Notes: generated by a model from the sequence alone, not told the origin. Counted from the first letter of the stretch, positions 25,317-34,666 are shown. The stretch is DNA of 54,610 nt from a virus (IMGVR_UViG_3300011423_000010:1-54610), one strand, 5' to 3'. Made by a program: numbers and translations.

Positions 25317-26813
25317 ATGCCAACAATTGAAGAGGCTCAAATAAGAGGCTTTCTTACTGCCAAAAGGATTAAATTACCTCATATTGATAGAACTATTGAA
25401 CTTCCTGATGATATTATATTAAAGAAACAAGGATGTGGTAATATAATTCTTGAAGATATTAATGGAATTTCTTCTTTTAAGGAAAGTAAAGAAGATTCTT
25501 TTTCTTGGACAGCAATAGTTTATTTTGCTGGTAGTAAGAAATGGGCAACTATCACTCAACACAGAGAACTTATGAAATACAAAGAGCATTGGTTAGATGG
25601 AAGATATCTCAAGGTAATTGATGACAGCTGTATACAACATTATCATTTAAAAAATGGTGATTATTTATTATTTTCACATGTGGATTCTGCTGATAATGAA
25701 CATTGGGGAGATTCTACTTATAAAGAGGGACACTATTATGGTGGTAAGGCTCATAATAAAAATATGTTTGAACTTATGCCTGAAGGTTTTGTGCCTCCTA
25801 AAGTAAGTGTGTTTCCTGTATTGAAAAAGTTTCCTGAAAGAGGAGTATGTTGGAATCCAACTCCAGAATTAAAAAGCTATTTGGAGAAAAATCGTCAGTA
25901 TTCTAGTGGTATAATTAAAGGTTACAGAGGAATAGCTTGGAACTTAGATAGTGTATGGGGAGTAACTTCAAGTAGTAGTCAATCATTATATGACATTTCT
26001 CAATTACAACCATTTATAACTACTCCTGTAGAACCATCTAAAATAGGATGGGGGTATTTTAAAGCACCAACTATTGATAATTTTGAAATAGGTAGGTATT
26101 ATTATGTTAGGTTTATTGATGATTCTACTAAATTCATGGTTACAAAATGTACAGGATTTAATACTAATGATAAAGAACGTATTAATGGACCATATTTATC
26201 TAATATGAAAGGTAAATTTAATTTTGAGCCAAGGAATACTCCTTGGATTAAAGGTGGTAGAGAAGTACGTTTAGCATCAGAGGAGGAAATAACTTGGTTA
26301 GATGCTTGTATTGAAGCAGGGAAATTTATAGAGCTGGAAAATGTCAAAAGAAATCCAGAGCCTCTACCTGCATATGTGAAGGAATATCCTTTAACTCCAG
26401 ATGATTGTTATTTTCCTGATAAATGGGCTTTAAAAGTTGGTCAGCATAATAGAGCTATTATTGCTGAATTTCTTAGAGACCATAGTTATGAATGGTATCA
26501 TTATAAAGAAACTTGGGAAGTTAGTCCAGGACCAGAGAATGGTAGGTATAATAATTATTTTCATTATCCACCAACAGGAGAACCAATGCATTCAGATTTG
26601 AAGGTACAAGAAGGTTATACATTAATTACAACGGAACAATTTAAACAATTTTATAAAACAAAAAATTTTAAAGAAGATGAAAAAAGATCAGGAAGTACCA
26701 GCACAGGGAGCATCATTAAAATATGCAGACCTAATTTCGAAATCAGACACTCAGATCCAATCAGAGCAGTTAGCATTAGATGTACAAAAAGCAAAATCTC
26801 AGTTGGAGGTTAA
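25317..26813 (+). CDS. Large mosaic hypothetical protein
   Basis: 498-aa aromatic-rich multi-module ORF; 3' end overlaps next gene by 137 nt. Confidence 0.7.
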   Translation: MPTIEEAQIRGFLTAKRIKLPHIDRTIELPDDIILKKQGCGNIILEDINGISSFKESKEDSFSWTAIVYFAGSKKWATITQHRELMKYKEHWLDGRYLKVIDDSCIQHYHLKNGDYLLFSHVDSADNEHWGDSTYKEGHYYGGKAHNKNMFELMPEGFVPPKVSVFPVLKKFPERGVCWNPTPELKSYLEKNRQYSSGIIKGYRGIAWNLDSVWGVTSSSSQSLYDISQLQPFITTPVEPSKIGWGYFKAPTIDNFEIGRYYYVRFIDDSTKFMVTKCTGFNTNDKERINGPYLSNMKGKFNFEPRNTPWIKGGREVRLASEEEITWLDACIEAGKFIELENVKRNPEPLPAYVKEYPLTPDDCYFPDKWALKVGQHNRAIIAEFLRDHSYEWYHYKETWEVSPGPENGRYNNYFHYPPTGEPMHSDLKVQEGYTLITTEQFKQFYKTKNFKEDEKRSGSTSTGSIIKICRPNFEIRHSDPIRAVSIRCTKSKISVGG

Positions 26814-26979
26814 CATTGCTCAAACAGCTTTTGATTTAACCAAAGCTACACAAAAGTATTATGATTGTATGCGTGCTAATCCTTATAACTTGCAAAGAGA
26901 GATTGAGGCTTATCAAGAGGTGAATAGACTTAGTGAAGGATTGGAGTATGCTAAAAAGGTTTTGGAGGAACGATTCTGA
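26677..26979 (+). CDS. Helical protein, paralog of 15886-16239
   Basis: KY..LI..S...L..QK.K..LE...YN...L...L..A..V..ERF. Confidence 0.7.
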   Translation: MKKDQEVPAQGASLKYADLISKSDTQIQSEQLALDVQKAKSQLEVNIAQTAFDLTKATQKYYDCMRANPYNLQREIEAYQEVNRLSEGLEYAKKVLEERF

Positions 26980-26983
26980 AACC

Positions 26984-27256
26984 ATGATACTCACATATAG
27001 CGATGAAGGACTTCCTATTGAGTTAGATGAGAACAATTCTTTAATTATGTATAAAGACACTTCGGTGTCTTTTTACATTATTAAAAAAGCTTTTGAGAGT
27101 GATTTAGATAGAGTACAATTAACAAACACATTAGAGTTAACAAAAAAAAATGGTTTTGTAACCTTAGGGTGCTTAACATTAACGGAAAACAAAGTAAAAC
27201 AATTAATTAAATTAGTATGGAAGCAATTAAAATCGTACAACAAAGTTGGGAAGTAG
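26984..27256 (+). CDS. Hypothetical protein
   Basis: Start likely MILTY at 26984. Confidence 0.55.
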   Translation: MILTYSDEGLPIELDENNSLIMYKDTSVSFYIIKKAFESDLDRVQLTNTLELTKKNGFVTLGCLTLTENKVKQLIKLVWKQLKSYNKVGK

Positions 27257-28617
27257 AGAAAAAAGCTGAATTGGTAAAACTTGGTCAAAGTACCAAACCT
27301 TACAATGAGATTCTAGCTCATTTAGAAAGTGAAATTGAAAATGCTGGTCGTATGACCAATTTCGATTACAAAATTCCATGTTTCATGAATGATGGTATCT
27401 ATCAGTTGAATAGAGCTATTGAGGAAATTATTGGTGTGGCTCATGTTCAAGCAGGTAAACAACCATCAGGTGGTGGGGACAGACCTATGGACACAATTGA
27501 TATTCAATTGGCAAACGGTACTCGTAAAAAAGTTCCTTATGGTAATATTGATTTACCAGACATGGGAGAAGGTGCTATTATCCAAATTGGATATGCTAAT
27601 AACTTAAAAGTTCTTCATGTGAGAGGAAAATGTCAATTCAAATTTAATCCTTTGATTGACAAGATTATTGCTAGAACTAAAGAATTGTTAAACACTGATA
27701 GTATCTACAAAAATCAAACTTTTGAAATCAATGCCAGTATTGATGGTGGTCAGCCACAAATTGTGGATTTGAAAGGATTGGATAAAGAAATCATGATTCT
27801 TTCTCAAGAAACTGAAGGAGCATTGAGTCCTTTATATGCAAGAATTCTTCATGCAGAAAACTGTAAAAAAGCAGGTATTCCAATGAAATTTGGTGCAATC
27901 CTTGAGGGACCATATGGTACTGGTAAAACTTTGTTAGCATTTAAGCTGGCTCAATTGGCTAATGAGCATAATTGGGCAGCAATTTATTTGAAATCTCCAG
28001 AGTTGCTTGCTGACACTTTGAGAATGGCTAAAACTTTGGACAAAAATGGTAATGGTATCATTGTTTTCACTGAAGATATTGACCAGGTTACCAGAGGAGA
28101 GAGAACTGTTGCTCTCCAGGATATTCTTAATACCTTAGATGGTGGAGATACTAAGGACATGAATGTAATTGCTTTGTTCACTACTAATCACTTGGAGCAA
28201 ATTGATCCAACTTTCCTAAGAGGAAAAAGAATTGGTACAATTATCAGCATGTCTTATTTGGATGCTTTTACAGCAGAGAAATATGTTGCTGCATTCTGCA
28301 AGAAAATCAATCTTGAAGGAAACTTTACTCCTGTATATGAATTGATAGGTAGTAGTAACATTGCTCCAGCCTTTATGGCAGAGATTATTGAAAATGTTAA
28401 GTCTACAATGGTTATCCGTGGAGACAATACTGTTGGTGCAGATGAATTCTTAGGTTGTGTTAAATCTTATTTGAGACAAGTTGCTTTGTCAAGAACTAAA
28501 GATAATTATGTAACCAATGAACTAGCTTTGGCTAACTCTTTGAAAGCTGTACTACATGATGTAGGATATTTCACTGAGGTTGAAAAAGTTGTAAGCGATG
28601 TTTTAAGTAATTCTTAA
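27217..28617 (+). CDS. Classical AAA ATPase (no TM or protease domain)
   Basis: Walker A GPYGTGKT, Walker B VFTEDID, ILNTLDG, TTNHLEQIDPTFLRGKRI second region of homology. Confidence 0.9.
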   Translation: MEAIKIVQQSWEVEKKAELVKLGQSTKPYNEILAHLESEIENAGRMTNFDYKIPCFMNDGIYQLNRAIEEIIGVAHVQAGKQPSGGGDRPMDTIDIQLANGTRKKVPYGNIDLPDMGEGAIIQIGYANNLKVLHVRGKCQFKFNPLIDKIIARTKELLNTDSIYKNQTFEINASIDGGQPQIVDLKGLDKEIMILSQETEGALSPLYARILHAENCKKAGIPMKFGAILEGPYGTGKTLLAFKLAQLANEHNWAAIYLKSPELLADTLRMAKTLDKNGNGIIVFTEDIDQVTRGERTVALQDILNTLDGGDTKDMNVIALFTTNHLEQIDPTFLRGKRIGTIISMSYLDAFTAEKYVAAFCKKINLEGNFTPVYELIGSSNIAPAFMAEIIENVKSTMVIRGDNTVGADEFLGCVKSYLRQVALSRTKDNYVTNELALANSLKAVLHDVGYFTEVEKVVSDVLSNS

Positions 28618-28628
28618 TTATTTCCAGT

Positions 28629-28660
28629 AAATAGGAAGGGATAAAACCCTTCCTATTTTT
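28629..28660 (+). terminator. Intrinsic terminator
   Basis: AAATAGGAAGGG-ataaaa-CCCTTCCTATTTTT. Confidence 0.8.
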
Positions 28661-28685
28661 ATTAAAAAACAAAGTATAAAAAGAA

Positions 28686-29216
28686 ATGAATTGGCATCAA
28701 AAATATAAGGACAATAGAACCTTTTCTGAAAAGTTAGCTGATAATGTAGCCAGTATTATGGGTAGTTGGAGATTTATTATTATTCAAACAATTATTGTAT
28801 TTTTATGGATGGTAATGAATATCTTAGGTATAATGTATGAATGGGATAAATATCCTTTTATTCTCTTAAATCTATTATTCAGCACTCAAGCTGCTTACGC
28901 AGCACCTATTATTATGATGTCTCAAAATAGACAGAATGCAAGAGATAGAGTTAAAGCTGAAGCAGATTATGAAACTAATAAGGAATCAAACTTTGAAATA
29001 GGAGAAATCCTTAAGAGACTAGAAAGAATTGAAACTGAGAAGTTAGACAAGATTATGAATAAATTGGATATACAGGAACCTGAACAAACAGATGAAGATC
29101 CAATGGAAGCTTTTGAAGCAGCAAGTAAAATTTATTTTAAATCTAATGAATTTATGGAAAGATTAGCTTTTGAAGAAGGGGCTAAATGGCAGGCTAAACA
29201 ATTTAAAAAACAATAG
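28686..29216 (+). CDS. DUF1003 family membrane protein
   Basis: RTF.EKLAD.VA...GSW.FI...D.YPFILLNL.FSTQAAYAAPIIMMSQNRQ..RDR. Confidence 0.88.
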   Translation: MNWHQKYKDNRTFSEKLADNVASIMGSWRFIIIQTIIVFLWMVMNILGIMYEWDKYPFILLNLLFSTQAAYAAPIIMMSQNRQNARDRVKAEADYETNKESNFEIGEILKRLERIETEKLDKIMNKLDIQEPEQTDEDPMEAFEAASKIYFKSNEFMERLAFEEGAKWQAKQFKKQ

Positions 29217-29218
29217 TT

Positions 29219-29494
29219 ATGAGAAGAGCATCATTTTGGTTTATGACAGACGCACAGACTTTTATTAAACCTAAAGGAAATAATTTACAAGAAATTGTAG
29301 ATGACTTACATAGAATATCAAAAGATAACAAATTTGGTATGATATGTCCTGTAATTATTTTAGATAAAAAAGGAAAAGAACTTAAAAGAGTTGGTCAATA
29401 CTGTCATGTTGATGGTATGGGAAATGTAGATACTACAAAATGGCTTTCTGAAATAAAAAAAATAAAATGTGTTCGTGAATATAAAGATGAATAA
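29219..29494 (+). CDS. Hypothetical protein
   Basis: 91-aa ORF. Confidence 0.55.
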   Translation: MRRASFWFMTDAQTFIKPKGNNLQEIVDDLHRISKDNKFGMICPVIILDKKGKELKRVGQYCHVDGMGNVDTTKWLSEIKKIKCVREYKDE

Positions 29495-29511
29495 TCTAAA
29501 AAACAATAATT

Positions 29512-29892
29512 ATGAAAAAGTTATTTTTAGGGTTAGCCTTGATGCTAACTATGGTGCTAACAGCACAAGTTGAAGAACTAAGAGAGTATACTGCAATTTA
29601 TACTACTAAAAAAGGTGAGGAACCTGTATTTAAATTAAAGAATACTACTACTTATTTGTATTATGAAAATAGAAATATTGTTAAGACAAAGGAAGAAGGA
29701 GGTAAATTTAGTTATTTTGATCTAGCTGATGAAATGAAACATAGTTATGATGATGCTGGAAATGGTTATACAATGGGTATGTATAATTTTATAGATTATA
29801 ATACTTTAGTAGGTATTCAAATTTATGATGATACTAAAAAAGGAATTAGATTCATTTTCCCTATTACAGGAACAATAATTCAATATTATTAA
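29512..29892 (+). CDS. Secreted protein, tandem pair copy 1
   Basis: Signal MKKLFLGLALMLTMVLTA-Q. Confidence 0.7.
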   Translation: MKKLFLGLALMLTMVLTAQVEELREYTAIYTTKKGEEPVFKLKNTTTYLYYENRNIVKTKEEGGKFSYFDLADEMKHSYDDAGNGYTMGMYNFIDYNTLVGIQIYDDTKKGIRFIFPITGTIIQYY

Positions 29893-29894
29893 TT

Positions 29895-30278
29895 ATGAGA
29901 AAGTTATTTTTAGTAGTAGCTCTTATGCTAACTGTAGTGCTAACAGCACAGGAAACTAGAGAGTATCACAATCAATTAGGGTATTATTCAGGAATGCCAG
30001 CTACTCCTGTAAAAGCAAATATGAAATTTGTTATTTCCTCTGATAAAACCATTATTAACCTTTATCCTGCACCTACAGAAGGGAGTATGTCTATTTTTGA
30101 GTTAATGCCACCATTTATTCTTACAAAGAAAACTGACGCTGATGGAGAAGAATATTATACTGCTATGTATATAAGAAAAGAAGATGGTCTTAAGTTATTA
30201 TTTGATATATATACAAAACCTAAATTAGGAATATCTGTTACACTAATGGATGGAAAAACTACACTTTTATATCAATAG
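29895..30278 (+). CDS. Secreted protein, tandem pair copy 2
   Basis: Signal MRKLFLVVALMLTVVLTA-Q; REY and D..G..Y...Y shared with copy 1. Confidence 0.7.
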   Translation: MRKLFLVVALMLTVVLTAQETREYHNQLGYYSGMPATPVKANMKFVISSDKTIINLYPAPTEGSMSIFELMPPFILTKKTDADGEEYYTAMYIRKEDGLKLLFDIYTKPKLGISVTLMDGKTTLLYQ

Positions 30279-30443
30279 TTATGCAGCTTAAAACTTGTCA
30301 CGTATGTTTTGATCCCAAGCCCTTGTGTATGTTTAAATTAACATCTAAAGGGCTTTTTACACATCAGTGTGATGATTGTAGAGCTGAATATCATAGGCTT
30401 TATAAAGCAAGAAAAAAAGAAGAATTATTAAAACAAAAATAAT

Positions 30444-30695
30444 ATGGATTTTTTCAAAAGAATAGGAGAACAAAAACTAAATAAGTTATCTACTGTTACA
30501 GATCCTTTTAGTAAAGACTGTATTAAAGATATTACTGTTTATTGTAGAGAAAAAATGTTTGATAAAGGTGTATGGTATGCAAAAGGATGTGTACAATTTA
30601 AGAGAGGAAATACAACTGGAAGTCAAGATTTTGAAGGAGATACTTTTGATGAAGTAGTACTAAAAATTAAAAACTTTATAGAGAATGAATTATAA
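30444..30695 (+). CDS. Hypothetical protein
   Basis: 83-aa ORF. Confidence 0.55.
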   Translation: MDFFKRIGEQKLNKLSTVTDPFSKDCIKDITVYCREKMFDKGVWYAKGCVQFKRGNTTGSQDFEGDTFDEVVLKIKNFIENEL

Positions 30696-30705
30696 ATAAA
30701 ACAAC

Positions 30706-30963
30706 ATGAAAAAAGGACAGAAATTAACAACAGGAAAGATTAGAAGAGAATTAGCTATTCTTATTGAGGAAAAGAAAAAATCTTGTACTACAGAAAAAGA
30801 AGAAAATCATGCTATAAATATGGCAAGAAAAGAGATTAATCTTAAGTATGGTAAAGATTGGAGAGATAAATATAACTCTGATAATCAAAGTTATGATAAG
30901 TGGTGGGGAGAATGTAATATGGATGGTTCATTTGCTTATAACGGTGTAACTGATGATTTTTAA
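30706..30963 (+). CDS. Hypothetical protein
   Basis: 85-aa ORF. Confidence 0.55.
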   Translation: MKKGQKLTTGKIRRELAILIEEKKKSCTTEKEENHAINMARKEINLKYGKDWRDKYNSDNQSYDKWWGECNMDGSFAYNGVTDDF

Positions 30964-30965
30964 TT

Positions 30966-31190
30966 ATGGACACACTACAAGCATTTATACAATGGTATCA
31001 TAGAATGGGAGGAAAGTATAATGAGAGTTATAACGAACAAATTAAATCTAAACTTATGGAAACTAAAGTAAAAAATAGTTCTTTCAAAGAGAGAGCTGAA
31101 GAAGTTAAAAGGAAATATAATCATAAATTTTGGAAGAATGTCTTGAAAAATGTTCCAGACATTAGTAAACTTAAATTTGAGAAAAAGTAA
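30966..31190 (+). CDS. Hypothetical basic protein
   Basis: 74-aa ORF. Confidence 0.5.
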   Translation: MDTLQAFIQWYHRMGGKYNESYNEQIKSKLMETKVKNSSFKERAEEVKRKYNHKFWKNVLKNVPDISKLKFEKK

Positions 31191-31191
31191 T

Positions 31192-31410
31192 ATGCCAGAA
31201 TCACCTAAATCACCATATAAAGGAGTCTTTTGGGTTCCAGTTACTAAAAAGTTTAAATCTTGTGTTACATATGAAGGAAGAACTCATCATTGTGGATATT
31301 ATGATAGTCCTTTAGAAGGTGCTAAAGCAAGAGATAAACTAATAATGAGAATGGGACTAAAAATTGAATTACAAATATTTAAACCAATAAAAAACAACCA
31401 CTATGAATGA
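31192..31410 (+). CDS. Stand-alone AP2 DNA-binding domain protein
   Basis: SPYKGVFW...KFKSCV...THHCGYYDSPLEGAKARD. Confidence 0.75.
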   Translation: MPESPKSPYKGVFWVPVTKKFKSCVTYEGRTHHCGYYDSPLEGAKARDKLIMRMGLKIELQIFKPIKNNHYE

Positions 31411-31849
31411 AACATATTTATTAGAAGGAGAACTTGCTTTTGTAAGTTATATGCCTTTAGAATTAGAAATAGGAATGCATTTTCTAAGTAAAATTACTGT
31501 AGGGGTTATAGAACCCATATCTTTATTTTTTACATTAGAACATATTCCTGAAGAACCAGAATTATTTATGAGCCTTTATGGGGCACCAGTGAAAATGGTA
31601 ATTACCATTCCAGGAGATGATGAAGAAATATTAGCAGAAGAAAATGAGATTGGATGGTTTGATGAATGTCCAGAATGTGATGAAGGAGAATTAGTTCCTC
31701 TTTCAGATGTTCACATTAACATTATCATCAATGAATATGATGGTATGGTAGATTTAACGTGTGATGAAGATGGAGATATTGCTACAACTGATGGAAAAGT
31801 AATTCTTTCATATGTAGAAGAAGAAGAGGAGGATGATAATGGAGAATAA
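31403..31849 (+). CDS. Highly acidic hypothetical protein
   Basis: About 40 D/E versus 3 K and no R in 148 aa (manual count). Confidence 0.65.
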   Translation: MNETYLLEGELAFVSYMPLELEIGMHFLSKITVGVIEPISLFFTLEHIPEEPELFMSLYGAPVKMVITIPGDDEEILAEENEIGWFDECPECDEGELVPLSDVHINIIINEYDGMVDLTCDEDGDIATTDGKVILSYVEEEEEDDNGE

Positions 31850-32105
31850 TTATTTTTTACTAGATGCTAGAGCAGGATTTCTTGCTTTAGGGAATGATGG
31901 TGTATTAGACACTGAAGACAATGGTAAATACATTCTTCTGGTTGGAACACTAGAAGAATGTTGTAGTGCAGCTAACAGACCAGATGCTATTCTGTCTGTA
32001 GTGAGTGATGATAAATATAATATCCTTTGGGAGTGTCTTAATCAATGTGGCCATTGGTCACTTAAACATTTAAAAAATGAGCATAGTAAAGATCAAAGTC
32101 TGTGA
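31833..32105 (+). CDS. Hypothetical protein
   Basis: 90-aa ORF. Confidence 0.5.
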   Translation: MIMENNYFLLDARAGFLALGNDGVLDTEDNGKYILLVGTLEECCSAANRPDAILSVVSDDKYNILWECLNQCGHWSLKHLKNEHSKDQSL

Positions 32106-32286
32106 GGTATGTGAATCTCCTTCTGTTATAGATAAAAATTGTACATGTGTATGGAATCGTAATTATCCTGTAATAGAACTTGAATTTGAACAGTGTGATT
32201 GTTGTGGACATATAGAAGACCAACCTATTGATAGTGAGTTTAATGATGTTCAAAGAGGTTGGACTCCAGATGATTTAGAACAGTAA
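32077..32286 (+). CDS. Small Cys-rich Zn-ribbon protein
   Basis: CEVC, CTC, CDCCG. Confidence 0.55.
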   Translation: MSIVKIKVCEVCESPSVIDKNCTCVWNRNYPVIELEFEQCDCCGHIEDQPIDSEFNDVQRGWTPDDLEQ

Positions 32287-32290
32287 TTCG

Positions 32291-32298
32291 TATATTTG
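32291..32298 (+). promoter_or_regulatory. Bacteroidota -7 promoter element upstream of DNA polymerase
   Basis: TATATTTG = TAnnTTTG, 24 nt before ATG. Confidence 0.55.
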
Positions 32299-32321
32299 TA
32301 TAATACTAAAATCAACTACAT

Positions 32322-34325
32322 ATGAATTATATAATCACCAAACACCCTGAATTCTTCTCTAAAATAGGGGAGTATAATTTCTGTAATTTGGAAGACATGG
32401 AACTTCCTGATAAGATTGCTATAGATACAGAAACCACAGGTTTAGTAGCAAGGCATAATGATATATTCTGTACTCAAATTGGTACTGGAAAGGATAATTA
32501 TATAATTCATATGTATGATGATAATTATCAGTTTGAAGATCTTATTCCTTATATACAAGACAAGGTTCTTGTAGGTCATAATATCCTGTTTGATCTTGGG
32601 TTCTTCTATAAACATGACTTTTGGCCTAAGGATGTGCGAGATACAATGCTTGCAAGCAAGATATTATACAATGGAGACCCTACACAAAGACATGATTTTG
32701 GATTTGTTATGAACCGAGAGCTTGGCGTAAAGTATGATAAAACAGAACAAAAGAACATTCATATTGTCAAGCTTAGTCAATCTAGTACTATAGAATATTC
32801 CTTTAATGATGTTGATAGGCTTATAGAACTTGAAGAGTATATGTGGAATAAAATCTATCATGGAGGATTCTTGCCTACTTACCAACTTCACTGTAAATAT
32901 GTCAGAGCTCTTGCATATATGGAGCAATGTGGTCTTCCTATTTCCCCCACTAAGTGGAAAGCTAAAATGGAGCAAGATATTCTTGATTCTGAGAAATGGA
33001 AGAAAACTGTTGTAGAATATATCTTTGACAATCTTCCTTTCTATGCCAACAGACAAATGGATATGTTTGAGAATGTAAAGAGAATAACTGTTTCAGTTAG
33101 TTCTCCTATACAGATGCTAAAGATATTCAGAGGGTTTGGTATTCCAACGTTAGATAAGTATGGAAAAGACAGCATCAATGAAGATGTTATAAGCAAATCC
33201 AAACATCCTTTTGTAGAGATGTGGCTTAACTTTCAAAATGCTAATCATAGAGTAAGTACATTTGGAGAAGGTATATATCAAAGGATTGAGAATGAAAGAA
33301 TATATACTAATTTCAATCCAATGGTAGATACAGCAAGACTCTCAACCAGAAGAAAAGAGATAAATTTCTTAAATTTCCCTGCAGATCATGCCACAAGAGA
33401 TTGTTTTGTTGCTAATGAAGGTAATAAAATAATTGTTTGTGATTATAGTGGTCAGGAAACTGTTGTAGCAGCTGATTTATCAGGAGATGCAGCAATGACT
33501 AAATCAGTTCTTGAAGGAGCAGATTTGCATTGTTTATTAGCTAGAGTGCTCTACCCAGAGATTGAATCACTTACTGATGAGGAGATTGTGAAAGATCACA
33601 AAGATAAGCGTAATGCCTCTAAAGCACCAAGATTTGCTATGTCTTATGGAGGAAATGCTTTTACCATCCATATGAAAGAAGGTATCCCTTTAAAACGAGC
33701 TCAAGAAATTGAGAATGGTTTTAAAGAGCTACATTCAGGACTATATGAATGGGGTGAGAAAGTATTTCAACAAGCCATAAAAGTAGGATATATTGAATCT
33801 GCAGATGGTTGGAAGCTGAAACTTCCTTTCTTTGATGAGTTTCTCTCATCAAAAGCTAAGGTTGATGCTATTACAAGAAGTGAGTGGACACAATATAAAA
33901 TTGGTAAAACTGATTATAAAAAGTTCATAGATGAAAAGGAGAAGGGCAATAAGTATGCCATTCAACATCCTTCAGCTGTAGAATTGTATAAGGAGAAGAA
34001 GAAATTTGTTTCTAAGTACTTCAAAATGAAATCTGAGTATCAAAGACTCTGCTTAAATAATCCTGTTCAATCACGCTCAGCTCATCAGATTAAGTTAGCT
34101 GCTCTAATTCTATTTGATTGGATAGTAGATAATAATCTACAATGGATAGTCTTAATGTGTAATTCTGTTCATGATGAACTTGTTGTTGAAGCACCAGAAG
34201 AGTATTCAGAACTTGCAAGAGATCAAGTACAAAGTGCTATGCTTGAAGCAGGAAATCATTATTTAACCAATTTAACTATTAAAGCTGATGCCAACATAGG
34301 TAATTCTTGGGGTGAAGCAAAATAA
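32322..34325 (+). CDS. polA: Family A DNA polymerase with 3'-5' exonuclease
   Basis: ExoI DTETTG, ExoII HNILFD, ExoIII YSFNDV; motif A DYSGQE, motif B RNASKAPRFAMSYG, motif C VHDE. Confidence 0.95.
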   Translation: MNYIITKHPEFFSKIGEYNFCNLEDMELPDKIAIDTETTGLVARHNDIFCTQIGTGKDNYIIHMYDDNYQFEDLIPYIQDKVLVGHNILFDLGFFYKHDFWPKDVRDTMLASKILYNGDPTQRHDFGFVMNRELGVKYDKTEQKNIHIVKLSQSSTIEYSFNDVDRLIELEEYMWNKIYHGGFLPTYQLHCKYVRALAYMEQCGLPISPTKWKAKMEQDILDSEKWKKTVVEYIFDNLPFYANRQMDMFENVKRITVSVSSPIQMLKIFRGFGIPTLDKYGKDSINEDVISKSKHPFVEMWLNFQNANHRVSTFGEGIYQRIENERIYTNFNPMVDTARLSTRRKEINFLNFPADHATRDCFVANEGNKIIVCDYSGQETVVAADLSGDAAMTKSVLEGADLHCLLARVLYPEIESLTDEEIVKDHKDKRNASKAPRFAMSYGGNAFTIHMKEGIPLKRAQEIENGFKELHSGLYEWGEKVFQQAIKVGYIESADGWKLKLPFFDEFLSSKAKVDAITRSEWTQYKIGKTDYKKFIDEKEKGNKYAIQHPSAVELYKEKKKFVSKYFKMKSEYQRLCLNNPVQSRSAHQIKLAALILFDWIVDNNLQWIVLMCNSVHDELVVEAPEEYSELARDQVQSAMLEAGNHYLTNLTIKADANIGNSWGEAK

Positions 34326-34333
34326 CTAAAGCT

Positions 34334-34666
34334 ATGAGTGGACTATATATTTTAAATGGTAAAGAACCTGTAATGGTTAATGATGTAATTGAGTGGGCTA
34401 AAGGCTTTGAAATAAATAATAGAATAGTTAAACAGGATTATATAGGAGAGATTTTTGTTTCTACTGTATTCCTAGGGATAGATCATTCATATGGAGATGA
34501 GCCACCATTATTATTTGAAACAATGATATTTGGAGGAGTACCTGATCAATATCAAGAGCGTTATTCTACTTGGGACGAAGCTGAAGAAGGACATAAGAGA
34601 GCAATAAAATTTGTAAATGATGGAAAAGAAAATCAACAGGGAGAACATAACCAGACATCTGATTGA
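34334..34666 (+). CDS. Conserved phage hypothetical protein
   Basis: VSTVFLGIDH...PPLLFETMIFGG...RYSTWDEA..GH. Confidence 0.7.
   Translation: MSGLYILNGKEPVMVNDVIEWAKGFEINNRIVKQDYIGEIFVSTVFLGIDHSYGDEPPLLFETMIFGGVPDQYQERYSTWDEAEEGHKRAIKFVNDGKENQQGEHNQTSD

Noticed and set aside
32322-34325. Intein or intron in the polymerase insertion
   Set aside because: The frame is continuous, the insertion is short, and it lacks C/S...HN intein ends or splice-core motifs
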